From the NCBI GenBank assembly GCA_028699255.1, contig JAQVUX010000002.1, positions 11,711 through 75,710 of the forward strand: DNA of 64,000 nt. The letters are read 5' to 3'. This stretch comes from Candidatus Omnitrophota bacterium (lineage in GTDB: Bacteria; Omnitrophota; Gorgyraeia; 2-01-FULL-45-10). Under the pieces are notes generated by a model. The model was not told where the DNA came from, searched no databases, and was given only the letters and a program-made list of their open reading frames with translations. The number at the start of each line of letters is the position of its first letter. The first letter of the stretch is position 1. Positions 39,682 through 48,501 of the stretch are shown here, one piece after another. The position numbers were made by a program, and so were the translations under genes.

Positions 39682-42444
39682 ATGGTAACGGTCTATTTCT
39701 TTTACGGATTGGCGTTTTTGACCATGGGTGCGGTTATATTTTTGATGCCCAGGAAACAGGATTATTTTGGGCTGGATAGAGATATAAAATTCATCGGATT
39801 ATTTGGCCTATTGCATGGCCTGTATGAGTGGACCGAGCTTCTGACGTTAAGCGGAGGCTCGATGTCGATGCACGTTATACGCGTGATCCGTGGCGCGCTC
39901 CTACCGCTGTCTTTTATTGTACTTTTTGTTTTTGGCGTCAGGATACTTGTGCGGTATCGGCCTAAATTAAAAATTATATTTTTCCTGCCAATAGTTTGTT
40001 TGATAACTGTTTTAGGCGTATATATTTTCTCCAAAGATTTTACGGTTACCATGATATTTTCACGCTACCTGATTGGGGCTCCGGGGATATTCCTAACAGC
40101 CGCTGTCCTGTTAAGCGCTTTCAAAAAATTTAAAAATACCGGCTTGCCCCTAACCGTTTCGATAGGTATATACGTTTCGGGCATATTTTTTATTATTTAC
40201 GGCGTGTTCTCAGGTTTAGTTACTCCGGAATACGGATTTTTCCCGGCCTCTGTTTTTAATAATTCTAACTTTATGAAACTATTCGGCTTTCCCGTACAGT
40301 TGGTTCGTATGATATGTGCCGCTATGCTGGCGTTAGGCTTTTTTATGATGACGGGTGTTTTTAATAAAGGCGTTTCTTTTATGGCCAGGAAGACCACGAT
40401 AAAGGCCCGGCTTACACTTATAATATCCTTCTCCATATTTGTTACCATGACTCTTGGCGCGATACTTGTATATTTTTCACAGGCCAATCTATTACAGGCG
40501 TCCATAGGAAAAGAATATTTACAGATATCGCGATTGCTCAGCAATTATATAAATGAAACCATTGACGGCGAAGTAGAAGACGCAAAATCTTACGCCACAA
40601 GATCGATATGGCTAAATTTTTTGAAGGAACAGAATAATAAATATCAAGGGATGAATAGTGAAGCGATAAAAACATATTTGTTGGATACGGATAAGAAGTG
40701 GATGGGTGCAAAACCGGATAGTCCGATAATAAAAGAGTGCCTTGAAAACAGGGTAAGCGTAGGAATGGCGGAGATAGTGGCGGTAAGAAAAAGCATAGCG
40801 GAGTTATTGGCAACCGATAAATTCGGCGGTCTCGTCGCGGCATCCGGAAGATCGAGCGATTTTTATCAGGCCGATGAGGAATGGTGGCAAAAATCGTACA
40901 ATGACGGTAAAGGTAATATATTTGTCGGGGAAGCGGAACATGATGAGTCGAGCGGCATTTGGGTTATTCCTATCGCGATCCCGTTCAAAGATAAGGCGGG
41001 CGCTGTAATAGGTATCTGTAAGTACAATATTTCGTTAAATCGTCTTCTTGCCGGGATCAAAACTCTCAGTATTGGTAAGACCGGACGCGTCGCTTTGATT
41101 GACGGCGAAGGCCGCATTATATTTTATCAAAATCTTCCGCCCATGAGCAGACAGCTCTTCAGCGATGAAGAGCTTATCGGTATACGCGCGAACAAAAAGG
41201 GGTATGCTTTTTTTAATAATCCTGATCCTAACGGCGGAAAAATATTTGCGGCGTTCTCCGCTGTTAACCCGCATTACATTGTTGGAAGAGGCGTAGGATG
41301 GACGATGGTCATCCTGCAGGATGCGGATGAAACGATGGCGTCGCTTTATAAATTTATAGTTCAGCTTGTTGGTGTAGCGATCGTGCTATTGATAGTTATA
41401 ATACCCGTAGGTTCTTTTTTTGGCAACTTCCTGTCCGTTCCTATACATGAGCTTAATGTGGCCGCTGAGCATATAATGGCTGGAGATTGGAGTTATAAAT
41501 TAAATGTTAAGACCGGCGACGATCTGGAAGGATTTACGGAAGCATTTAAGTCGATGGTAAATACAGTAAAAAATAAACAGGAGGAGCTTGAAGACTTTTC
41601 GAAAAACCTTGAACGCATGGTAGAGGATCGGACTAAAGAGCTTTCCCACACCCAGGCGGCAACTCTTAATATGCTGGAGGATCTGGCCGAATCGAAAAAG
41701 GAATTGGATAAATATTCGAAGAAGCTCGAGGAGAGCCTGAGGATAAAGACAGATTTTACTTCGATGGTATCGCATGAACTAAGAACGCCGTTAGCCGCCA
41801 TCAAGGAGGGGATATCGATAGTTGCCGACGGCACTGCCGGATCCATAAACAAAGACCAGGAAGGTTTTCTCGATATAGCCAAGCGCAATGTCGACCGGCT
41901 TTCACGGCTTATAAACGACATATTGAATTTCCAGAAACTGGAAGCCGGAAAAATGGAATTTCGCTTTGCGGAGCACGATATTAACGAGGTGGTTGAGGAA
42001 GCGGGCCGCATGATGACCTCTGCGGCGAGCGGTAAAGGCCTGGAGATAAAAGCGGAGCTTGATGAGGTGCTTCCCCGCGTGAAATTCGACAAGGACAGGA
42101 TAATGGAGGTATTGATCAACCTTATTGACAATGCGATCAAATATACGGATAAGGGCGAGATAATTATTAGAACAAGCCGAGGCGGCGAAAACTTTATCAA
42201 AGTTTCTGTGAGTGACACCGGCGCGGGAATAAAAGATACAGATATCCCCAGGCTGTTTAAACAGTTTGAACAATTAGACCAGGGCTCAACCAGAAAAACC
42301 GGCAGTACAGGCCTGGGATTGGCAATATCAAAAGATATAATAAAGACCCACGGCGGAAGAATATGGGCGGAATCCACAGCGGCGGGCGCCGGGGCTACTT
42401 TTAGTTTCGTACTTCCTATTGCGGAAAGGCGAAGAAGCAGTTAA
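39682..42444 (+). CDS. Hybrid-architecture sensor histidine kinase (multi-TM N-domain, periplasmic Cache-like domain, HAMP, HisKA, HATPase_c)
   Basis: H-box SMVSHELRTPLAAI, N-box LINLIDNAIKYT, G-boxes SDTGAGI and GSTGLGLAISK. Confidence 0.85.
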   Translation: MVTVYFFYGLAFLTMGAVIFLMPRKQDYFGLDRDIKFIGLFGLLHGLYEWTELLTLSGGSMSMHVIRVIRGALLPLSFIVLFVFGVRILVRYRPKLKIIFFLPIVCLITVLGVYIFSKDFTVTMIFSRYLIGAPGIFLTAAVLLSAFKKFKNTGLPLTVSIGIYVSGIFFIIYGVFSGLVTPEYGFFPASVFNNSNFMKLFGFPVQLVRMICAAMLALGFFMMTGVFNKGVSFMARKTTIKARLTLIISFSIFVTMTLGAILVYFSQANLLQASIGKEYLQISRLLSNYINETIDGEVEDAKSYATRSIWLNFLKEQNNKYQGMNSEAIKTYLLDTDKKWMGAKPDSPIIKECLENRVSVGMAEIVAVRKSIAELLATDKFGGLVAASGRSSDFYQADEEWWQKSYNDGKGNIFVGEAEHDESSGIWVIPIAIPFKDKAGAVIGICKYNISLNRLLAGIKTLSIGKTGRVALIDGEGRIIFYQNLPPMSRQLFSDEELIGIRANKKGYAFFNNPDPNGGKIFAAFSAVNPHYIVGRGVGWTMVILQDADETMASLYKFIVQLVGVAIVLLIVIIPVGSFFGNFLSVPIHELNVAAEHIMAGDWSYKLNVKTGDDLEGFTEAFKSMVNTVKNKQEELEDFSKNLERMVEDRTKELSHTQAATLNMLEDLAESKKELDKYSKKLEESLRIKTDFTSMVSHELRTPLAAIKEGISIVADGTAGSINKDQEGFLDIAKRNVDRLSRLINDILNFQKLEAGKMEFRFAEHDINEVVEEAGRMMTSAASGKGLEIKAELDEVLPRVKFDKDRIMEVLINLIDNAIKYTDKGEIIIRTSRGGENFIKVSVSDTGAGIKDTDIPRLFKQFEQLDQGSTRKTGSTGLGLAISKDIIKTHGGRIWAESTAAGAGATFSFVLPIAERRRSS

Positions 42445-42460
42445 ATCTAAAGGAGATGAT

Positions 42461-42850
42461 ATGGCAGGAGAATACAAGATATTGGTTGTTGATGATGAAA
42501 AAGACCTGTTGGAGACTGTAAAGTTCCGATTGTCGCACTCAGGGTATAGTGTGGTAACGGCGGAGGATGGAGCTGAAGCGCTCGAAAAAGCGCGGACAGA
42601 AAAACCGGATCTGATAATGCTCGATCTCATGTTGCCTAAGCTCGATGGATACAAAGTATGCAGTATCCTGAAAAAGGATTCTCAGTATTCCGGTATACCT
42701 GTTATAATATTCTCGGCCAGGGCCCAGGAAGAAGACATAAGGCTTGCTAAAGAGACGGGCGCGGATGAATATGTTACGAAGCCGTTCGAACCGCAGGAAT
42801 TGCTGGGCAAGATCAGGGAACTTTTGAGTAAAAGAGCAAAGGGGGAGTGA
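42461..42850 (+). CDS. Single-domain response regulator (CheY-like receiver)
   Basis: KILVVDDE...DLIMLDLMLPKLDG...VTKPF carries the receiver Asp and Lys positions. AAAGGAG RBS. Confidence 0.85.
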   Translation: MAGEYKILVVDDEKDLLETVKFRLSHSGYSVVTAEDGAEALEKARTEKPDLIMLDLMLPKLDGYKVCSILKKDSQYSGIPVIIFSARAQEEDIRLAKETGADEYVTKPFEPQELLGKIRELLSKRAKGE

Positions 42851-43296
42851 TGAAGTATATTTTAACTGTGCTATTGGCGTCCATCTTTCTAAGCGGCTGT
42901 GCGTCGTCGCTGAAAGAGGTTTCGAAAAAGCAGTTCTCGCCGGTAGAGATATTGCGTGCCGCCATAGGTAATTCGACATTGAGCGTAGAGGAGGCCCGCA
43001 AGACCGCGCTTGTAAAAGTATTCAAATATGATTATCAGGCATGCTACGCGAAGGTAGAGGGTATCCTGAAAACCATGCCGAACATTTCGATATATTATCA
43101 GGACGAGGGAATGATAGCGGTATTTTATTTAAATCCTAATACTACACCGGTAGGTATGTTCTTTACAAAAATCGACGATGGTAATACAAAAGTCGAGATA
43201 TCGTCGCCAGCTTCACCGGCCAAGGAGTGGGTTGCAAAAAACGTGTTTTCCGAGACGGCACTGCCAGCGGAAATTATCAAAAAACCCAGATATTGA
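42847..43296 (+). CDS. Lipoprotein of unknown function
   Basis: Lipobox LSGC after an N-terminal hydrophobic segment. No recognisable domain. Confidence 0.5.
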   Translation: MMKYILTVLLASIFLSGCASSLKEVSKKQFSPVEILRAAIGNSTLSVEEARKTALVKVFKYDYQACYAKVEGILKTMPNISIYYQDEGMIAVFYLNPNTTPVGMFFTKIDDGNTKVEISSPASPAKEWVAKNVFSETALPAEIIKKPRY

Positions 43297-43330
43297 TCCC
43301 TGTTGATGTAAATGAAGCTATATATAAATT

Positions 43331-43407
43331 GCGCCCGTAGCTCAACTGGATAGAGTGAGTGGCTTCGAACCACTAGGTCGCAGGTTCGACTCCTGCCGGG
43401 CGCGCCA
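43331..43407 (+). tRNA. tRNA-Arg (anticodon TCG), CCA encoded
   Basis: Cloverleaf folded by hand. Acceptor GCGCCCG/CGGGCGC, D-stem GCTC/GAGT, anticodon stem AGTGG/CCACT with loop CTTCGAA, T-arm GCAGG-TTCGACT-CCTGC. Confidence 0.85.
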
Positions 43408-43528
43408 GTTTTCGCCACTGTAAGACTATGGCGAAAACGCCCCGAAGCATATATGAAAATTATCAAAGATAATTTTCATATGTTTACGCAAGGGGCGGAA
43501 TATAAAATTTTACAAAAGAATTTTTCTA

Positions 43529-43613
43529 GCGGACGTGGTGGAACTGGCAGACACGTACGGCTTAGGACCGTATGCCGCAAGGCTTGAGAGTTCAACTCTC
43601 TCCGTCCGCACCA
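43529..43613 (+). tRNA. tRNA-Leu (anticodon TAG), class II with long variable arm, CCA encoded
   Basis: Acceptor GCGGACG/CGTCCGC, anticodon stem TACGG/CCGTA with loop CTTAGGA, variable arm GCCGCAAGGC, T-arm GAGAG-TTCAACT-CTCTC. Confidence 0.85.
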
Positions 43614-43889
43614 CAAGCCCCGATTTTCCTAAGGAGTCTTTCAAAAAATCCTCGGGAAATTGGATGGCAAAATTTTCAGGTACTTTAGTGTAAATTCATC
43701 TTTACACGTTTAACAAAATTAAGTATAATGAGCCTTTATTCGTAGAAATTTTAAAGAAGATTTTCTGAGCGTATTTTTCGTATTTTGATATATTTGTCCT
43801 ATAGCTCTCCTTCAAATTTTAAATTTTCGGAGAAAATTTAAAATTTATTGATTCGCTATAGGACTGGAAATTTCAAGAGAAATTTCCAA

Positions 43890-43964
43890 GCGGCGGTAAT
43901 TCAGTGGTAGAATGCGACCTTGCCAAGGTCGATGTCGTGGGTTCGAACCCCATCCGCCGCTCCA
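43890..43964 (+). tRNA. tRNA-Gly (anticodon GCC), CCA encoded
   Basis: Acceptor GCGGCGG/CCGCCGC, D-arm ATTC-AGTGGTA-GAAT, anticodon stem CGACC/GGTCG with loop TTGCCAA, T-arm GTGGG-TTCGAAC-CCCAT. Confidence 0.85.
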
Positions 43965-43970
43965 TATTCT

Positions 43971-44106
43971 GAAAACTTTTCGAAGAAAGTTTTCAGGTCC
44001 TGGAGTTTCAGATACTTCGATTTTGCTCCGCAAAATCGAAGGAGTGAGCAAAACTTTTCGAAGAAAGTTTTCAGGTCCTGGAGTTTCAGATACTTCGATT
44101 TTGCTC
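43971..44106 (+). repeat. Two tandem copies of a 78-nt structured repeat, upstream of tRNA-Lys
   Basis: Unit: GAAAACTTTTCGAAGAAAGTTTTCAGGTCCTGGAGTTTCAGATACTTCGATTTTGCTCCGCAAAATCGAAGGAGTGAGC. It contains hairpin A (GAAAACTTT/AAAGTTTTC) and hairpin B (CGATTTTG/CAAAATCG). Confidence 0.8.
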
Positions 44107-44211
44107 TGAAAAATCCTGGCCCGCATAGCTCATCCTCCTGCGCTACGACAGTAAGATTGGATGAAGCTTCGGCGAGATTTCGCCGACAGGGCTAAAGAGT
44201 AAGATTATAGC

Positions 44212-44287
44212 GCCCGCATAGCTCAATTGGCAGAGCAGGACACTCTTAATGTCAAGGTTCCAAGTTCGATTCTTGGTGCGGGCACCA
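44212..44287 (+). tRNA. tRNA-Lys (anticodon CTT), CCA encoded
   Basis: Acceptor GCCCGCA/TGCGGGC, D-arm GCTC-AATTGGCA-GAGC, anticodon loop CTCTTAA, T-arm CCAAG-TTCGATT-CTTGG. The 27-43 pair is a G-A mismatch. Confidence 0.8.
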
Positions 44288-44381
44288 CGCTCCTAAAATT
44301 TCCAATAGGAAATTTTAGGGTCCTGGGGTTTGACAAGTCCAGATTTTGTTTGGAAATTTCCGAACAAAATCTGGGTACTCC

Positions 44382-44517
44382 GAAAACTTTTCGAAGAAAG
44401 TTTTCGGGTCCTGGAGTTTCAGATACTTCGATTTTCCTCCGGAAAATCGAAGGAGTGAGCAAAACTTTTCGAAGAAAGTTTTCGGGTCCTGGAGTTTCAG
44501 ATACTTCGATTTTCCCT
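44382..44517 (+). repeat. Two further tandem copies of the same 78-nt repeat, downstream of tRNA-Lys
   Basis: Same unit as 43971-44106. Hairpin B changes from GC...GC to CC...GG, a compensatory double change, and AGGTCC changes to GGGTCC. Confidence 0.8.
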
Positions 44518-44627
44518 GAAATTTTCAGAGAAAAATTTTAAGGAGATGAGGGAATAAGCAGGGTTTTGATTTTGGAATTTTCAAGAGGAAATTTCTAAGA
44601 CGCTAGTACTAAAAGGAGACGTGCTTT

Positions 44628-45092
44628 ATGAAGATCATGGATTTCTTAAGCAAAAAAGCGATAACCGCCAATCTCAAGTCCTCCGATAAAGAGGGTGTGA
44701 TACGGGAGTTGGTCGATCTTCTCGCCGCGGCCGAAGATATAAAGAATAAAGAAGAACTTATTAAAGCGCTCCTGACGAGGGAATCATTGGGCTCAACGGG
44801 GATAGGTCAAGGAATAGGCATACCTCACGCGAAATCGGTTAACGCTAAAGGTCTCGTGGCCGCATTCGGGTTGTCGCAGAAAGGCGTGAATTTCGATTCG
44901 CTGGACGGAGACCCGGTGTATATATTCTTCCTTCTAATAGCGCCCGAAGAATCGGCGGGGCCCCACCTTAAAGCACTTGCGCGCATTTCCCGCATGTTGA
45001 AAGATAAATTTTTTAGAGAGCTGCTTAAAAAAGCCGGCGACGAAAAAGAGATTCTTCGTATAATTCAGGAAGAAGATTCGAAGAAATACTAA
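44628..45092 (+). CDS. ptsN: PTS EIIA-Ntr (nitrogen regulatory IIA, fructose-type)
   Basis: PTS_EIIA_2 block with the active-site His (GIGIPHAKS) and a conserved LLTRE region. Confidence 0.8.
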   Translation: MKIMDFLSKKAITANLKSSDKEGVIRELVDLLAAAEDIKNKEELIKALLTRESLGSTGIGQGIGIPHAKSVNAKGLVAAFGLSQKGVNFDSLDGDPVYIFFLLIAPEESAGPHLKALARISRMLKDKFFRELLKKAGDEKEILRIIQEEDSKKY

Positions 45093-46333
45093 TGAAAATA
45101 CTGAAAGCCTTCAAATGGCTTTATCCCGGCATGTGGGTGAAGCGCTGGATACTTCTAACCGTATTCGGCGTTATAATGGTTTCTATGGGTTTTGTCATGG
45201 TTCTACTGGAACAGCAGACCAGGAACAAAACCTTCGCGGGAATAATAATAATCCTTGGCATACTTGCGGTGGTGACCGGGATAAAACGTATAATCCGATC
45301 CCTGGTGCTGGTGTTTCTTCCGCAAAACCAGGATGAGCTCGTAGATAAAGTTTATAAGAAGAGAGTTCTCGAAAAAGGGGCCAGAGTAGTGGTTATAGGC
45401 GGAGGCACAGGGCTCTCCACGCTTCTCCGCGGATTAAAAGAATATACGAGCAATATTACGGCTATCGTTACTGTTGCCGATGATGGCGGGTCTTCGGGCC
45501 GTTTGCGTAAAGAGTTCGATGTGTTGCCCCCCGGGGATATACGCAATTGTCTGGTTGCGCTGGCCGACGCCGAGTTATTGGTGGGTAAGCTGTTTCAATT
45601 CAGGTTCGCCGAAGGCACGGAACTTGCCGGACATAATTTCGGCAATCTGTTCATAACGGCGCTTTCTCAGGTAACGGGAGATTTCGACGCCGCTATAAAA
45701 GAATCGAGCAAGGTCCTGGCGATCAGGGGGCGCGTGCTACCTTCGACCCTGGATAAGGTTACGCTGGTGGCAGAGCACTCCGACGGTACCGAAACGGCCG
45801 GAGAGAGCCAAATCCCTAAATCGGGCAAAGCCATAAAACGCATCCGTCTGAAGCCGGTAAATTGCAGGCCTGCCGATGAAGCGATAGATGCCATAAGAAA
45901 AGCTGATGTAATAGTGATGGGGCCCGGTAGTCTTTATACCAGCATAATGCCGAACTTATTAGTCGGTAAAATATACCAGGAGATGATCGATTCCAAGGCG
46001 ATAAAGATATACGTCTGTAATATAATGACGCAGAAGGGCGAGACGGAGGATTATAAAGCCAGCGATCATTTGAAAGCGATAATAGAGCATACGGCACCCG
46101 GGATAGTAGATTACTGTGTTATCAATACCGCGAAGATAAAACCGGAGATACTTGAAAAATATAAGACGGAAGAGGCGTACCCCGTCATTCCGGATTCGGA
46201 AAATTTAAAGAAGATGAAATCAAAAGTAATTGAGGCGCATATAGTGAAAGCGGAAGGTTATGTCAGGCATGACTCCGAAAAAGTATCAAAGATAATAGTA
46301 GACCTCGTTACAAGCCTGAAGAAGACGAGATAG
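45092..46333 (+). CDS. yvcK: YvcK/CofD-family (gluconeogenesis factor) protein with extra N-terminal 2-TM anchor
   Basis: UPF0052 blocks (VVIGGGTGLSTLLRGL, VADDGGSSGRLR, PGDIRNCLVALAD). The first ~70 aa form two hydrophobic helices not present in typical YvcK. Confidence 0.8.
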   Translation: MKILKAFKWLYPGMWVKRWILLTVFGVIMVSMGFVMVLLEQQTRNKTFAGIIIILGILAVVTGIKRIIRSLVLVFLPQNQDELVDKVYKKRVLEKGARVVVIGGGTGLSTLLRGLKEYTSNITAIVTVADDGGSSGRLRKEFDVLPPGDIRNCLVALADAELLVGKLFQFRFAEGTELAGHNFGNLFITALSQVTGDFDAAIKESSKVLAIRGRVLPSTLDKVTLVAEHSDGTETAGESQIPKSGKAIKRIRLKPVNCRPADEAIDAIRKADVIVMGPGSLYTSIMPNLLVGKIYQEMIDSKAIKIYVCNIMTQKGETEDYKASDHLKAIIEHTAPGIVDYCVINTAKIKPEILEKYKTEEAYPVIPDSENLKKMKSKVIEAHIVKAEGYVRHDSEKVSKIIVDLVTSLKKTR

Positions 46334-46336
46334 GAT

Positions 46337-46615
46337 ATGACTTTCGAAAGAGTTATCACAATAAAAAATAAACAGGGTTTGCATGCCAGGCCCGCGGCGT
46401 TATTTGTCCAGATAGCCAATAAATTTAACAGCGAGGTTACCGTATCGAAGGGAAGGCAGAAGGTAAACGGTAAGTCGATAATGGGGATAATGATGCTGGC
46501 CGCCGCGGCCGGCTCAAAAATAACCGTTATAGCGAATGGTGAAGATGCCGAAGCCGCAGTCGTGGAATTGGAGCGGCTATTACTGACCGACGACATAGAC
46601 GATTTTGTCATATGA
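46337..46615 (+). CDS. ptsH: Phosphocarrier protein HPr
   Basis: 88-92 aa. GLHARPAALFV contains the active His15. The regulatory Ser46 region reads GKSIMGIMMLAA. Confidence 0.85.
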   Translation: MTFERVITIKNKQGLHARPAALFVQIANKFNSEVTVSKGRQKVNGKSIMGIMMLAAAAGSKITVIANGEDAEAAVVELERLLLTDDIDDFVI

Positions 46616-46731
46616 AGCTTCCCGGCTTGAAAGCCGGGGTTTCCATTCGTCTGAAGCAAATCCCGCCTCATTTATTCCCTGGCTAAAGCTCGAAAGGCCG
46701 GGCGGCGGGATAACCGAAGGGTTTCTACAAT

Positions 46732-48498
46732 ATGACTAAGAAGAAAGAGCTGATGCTGAAGGGTATACCGGCATCGCCGGGTATAACCGTTGGGAAAGCC
46801 TTCCTGTACGGCAGGGAGCAGTATACTATTCCGCGCCGCACCGTCAACGACCTCCAGATACCCAACGAGATCAAACGTTTCAAAGACGCTCTTGTCCAGA
46901 CCAAGAACGAGATACAGGATATAAAAAAGCATATCTCTGAAGAGATGGGCTTGGAACACGGACAGATATTCAGCGCTCACCTGCTTGTCATAGACGACAG
47001 CATGCTTATAGAAGAAGTAGTATCCCGCCTTAAGCGAGAACGCTTATCGATAGAGTATATATTTCAGGATGTCCTAAGGAGATACATAAAAGTATTTTCC
47101 GAGATGGACGATGAATATCTCAAAGAGCGCATAAGCGATGTTAATGATGTAGGCCGAAGAATACTCAAAAACCTCATAGGCGCTAAAGAAGACGTACTGG
47201 CTAATCTTAAAGAGAAAGTCATAGTAATAGCATATGACCTGTCTCCTTCTGATACCGCCACGATGCACAAACGCAACGTAGTCGCGTTTGCCACAGACAT
47301 CGGCGGCAGAACCTCACATACGGCCATCATGGCAAAGTCGCTGGAGATCCCGGCGGTCGTTGGGCTGGAAACGGCCACCCGCAAGGTCGAGTCCGGTGAT
47401 GCCGTTATCATAGATGGCACTCACGGTATCATAATAATAAATCCCACACTTGCGACAATTAAAAAATATGAAAAAGACAAGGTAAGATTTGCCGAGGTAG
47501 GCAAGCACCTTTTGGAATTAAAAAATATGCCGTGCGTTACGCTGGACGGCAAAGCGATAGAATTGTCCGCCAATATCGAAGTTCCTGAAGATGTTCCCTC
47601 GGTAATAGGTCATGGCGCGACCGGCATAGGTTTATACCGGACCGAATATTTTTATATGAACAGAAAGGATCTTCCTGCGGAAGAAGAGCAGTATAAGGCA
47701 TATTCTGCCGTGGTCAAGAGGCTGAAGCCGGATCCTGTTATTGTAAGGACTCTCGACATAGGCGGGGACAAGTTCCTTTCACAACTCGAAGTGCCACAGC
47801 AGATGAACCCATTCCTGGGTTGGCGCGCCATAAGGTTTTGTTTAGCGAGGCCGGACATATTCAAAATGCAATTGAGAGCCATCTTACGAGCGTCTTCCCA
47901 TGGAAAGCTCAAGATAATGTACCCGATGATATCCGGTTTAGAGGAGCTTCGTCAGGCCAATGCTTTGCTGGAAGAGGCCGAGCGCGAACTGAAGAAGGAA
48001 GGTATCCCGTTCGATGAGAATATGGAAGTCGGCGCGATGATAGAAGTTCCTTCGGCCGCGATCACCAGCGATATACTTGCCAAAGAGGTGGATTTCTTTT
48101 CCATAGGAACCAACGATCTTATCCAGTATTCCCTTGCCGTGGACAGGGTCAATGAAAAGATAGCGTATTTGTATGAGCCGGCGCATCCGGCGGTATTGCG
48201 GCTTATCAAGATGGTGATAGAGAATGGGCACAATGCCGGGATATGGGTAGGGATGTGCGGTGAAATGGCCGGTGATATTGCTATGACGATAATATTGCTG
48301 GGTCTTGGCCTGGATGAATTCAGTACGTCGCCGATAGCAATACCGGAGATAAAGCGTATAATACGATCGGTTACGTTGCGTCAGGCAAAGGAGATAGCGC
48401 AGGGGGCTATAAGCCTTTCGACCGGCAAAGAGGTAGAGAAGTTTGCCAAAAAGAAACTTAAGGAAATAGTACCGGATCTCGCGATAGAAGTGGAATGA
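46732..48498 (+). CDS. ptsI: Phosphoenolpyruvate-protein phosphotransferase (PTS enzyme I)
   Basis: GGRTSHTAIMAKSLEIPAVVG is the phospho-His region. PEP-utilising C-terminal TIM barrel (SIGTNDLIQY, the CGEMAG region). Confidence 0.9.
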   Translation: MTKKKELMLKGIPASPGITVGKAFLYGREQYTIPRRTVNDLQIPNEIKRFKDALVQTKNEIQDIKKHISEEMGLEHGQIFSAHLLVIDDSMLIEEVVSRLKRERLSIEYIFQDVLRRYIKVFSEMDDEYLKERISDVNDVGRRILKNLIGAKEDVLANLKEKVIVIAYDLSPSDTATMHKRNVVAFATDIGGRTSHTAIMAKSLEIPAVVGLETATRKVESGDAVIIDGTHGIIIINPTLATIKKYEKDKVRFAEVGKHLLELKNMPCVTLDGKAIELSANIEVPEDVPSVIGHGATGIGLYRTEYFYMNRKDLPAEEEQYKAYSAVVKRLKPDPVIVRTLDIGGDKFLSQLEVPQQMNPFLGWRAIRFCLARPDIFKMQLRAILRASSHGKLKIMYPMISGLEELRQANALLEEAERELKKEGIPFDENMEVGAMIEVPSAAITSDILAKEVDFFSIGTNDLIQYSLAVDRVNEKIAYLYEPAHPAVLRLIKMVIENGHNAGIWVGMCGEMAGDIAMTIILLGLGLDEFSTSPIAIPEIKRIIRSVTLRQAKEIAQGAISLSTGKEVEKFAKKKLKEIVPDLAIEVE

Positions 48499-48501
48499 TA
48501 G

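Noticed and set aside
41493-42377. 294-aa minus-strand ORF antisense to the histidine-kinase catalytic region
   Set aside because: Ser-rich low-complexity translation opposite the conserved HisKA/HATPase_c domains.
43971-44517. CRISPR-like appearance (57-nt repeat, ~21-nt spacer, repeated)
   Set aside because: Only two units per block. The 'spacers' are nearly identical to each other (xxGCAAAATCGAAGGAGTGAGC). There are no cas genes. It is a 78-nt tandem duplication, not a repeat-spacer array.
43912-44541. Supplied ORFs 43912-44109, 43920-44195 and 44227-44541 (+), and 43845-44126 and 44223-44462 (-), with internally repeated peptide motifs (KTFRRKFSGPGVSDTSI...)
   Set aside because: They are translations of the 78-nt tandem repeats and of tRNA genes. 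There are no RBSs, and the amino-acid repetition mirrors the nucleotide repeats. Not coding.
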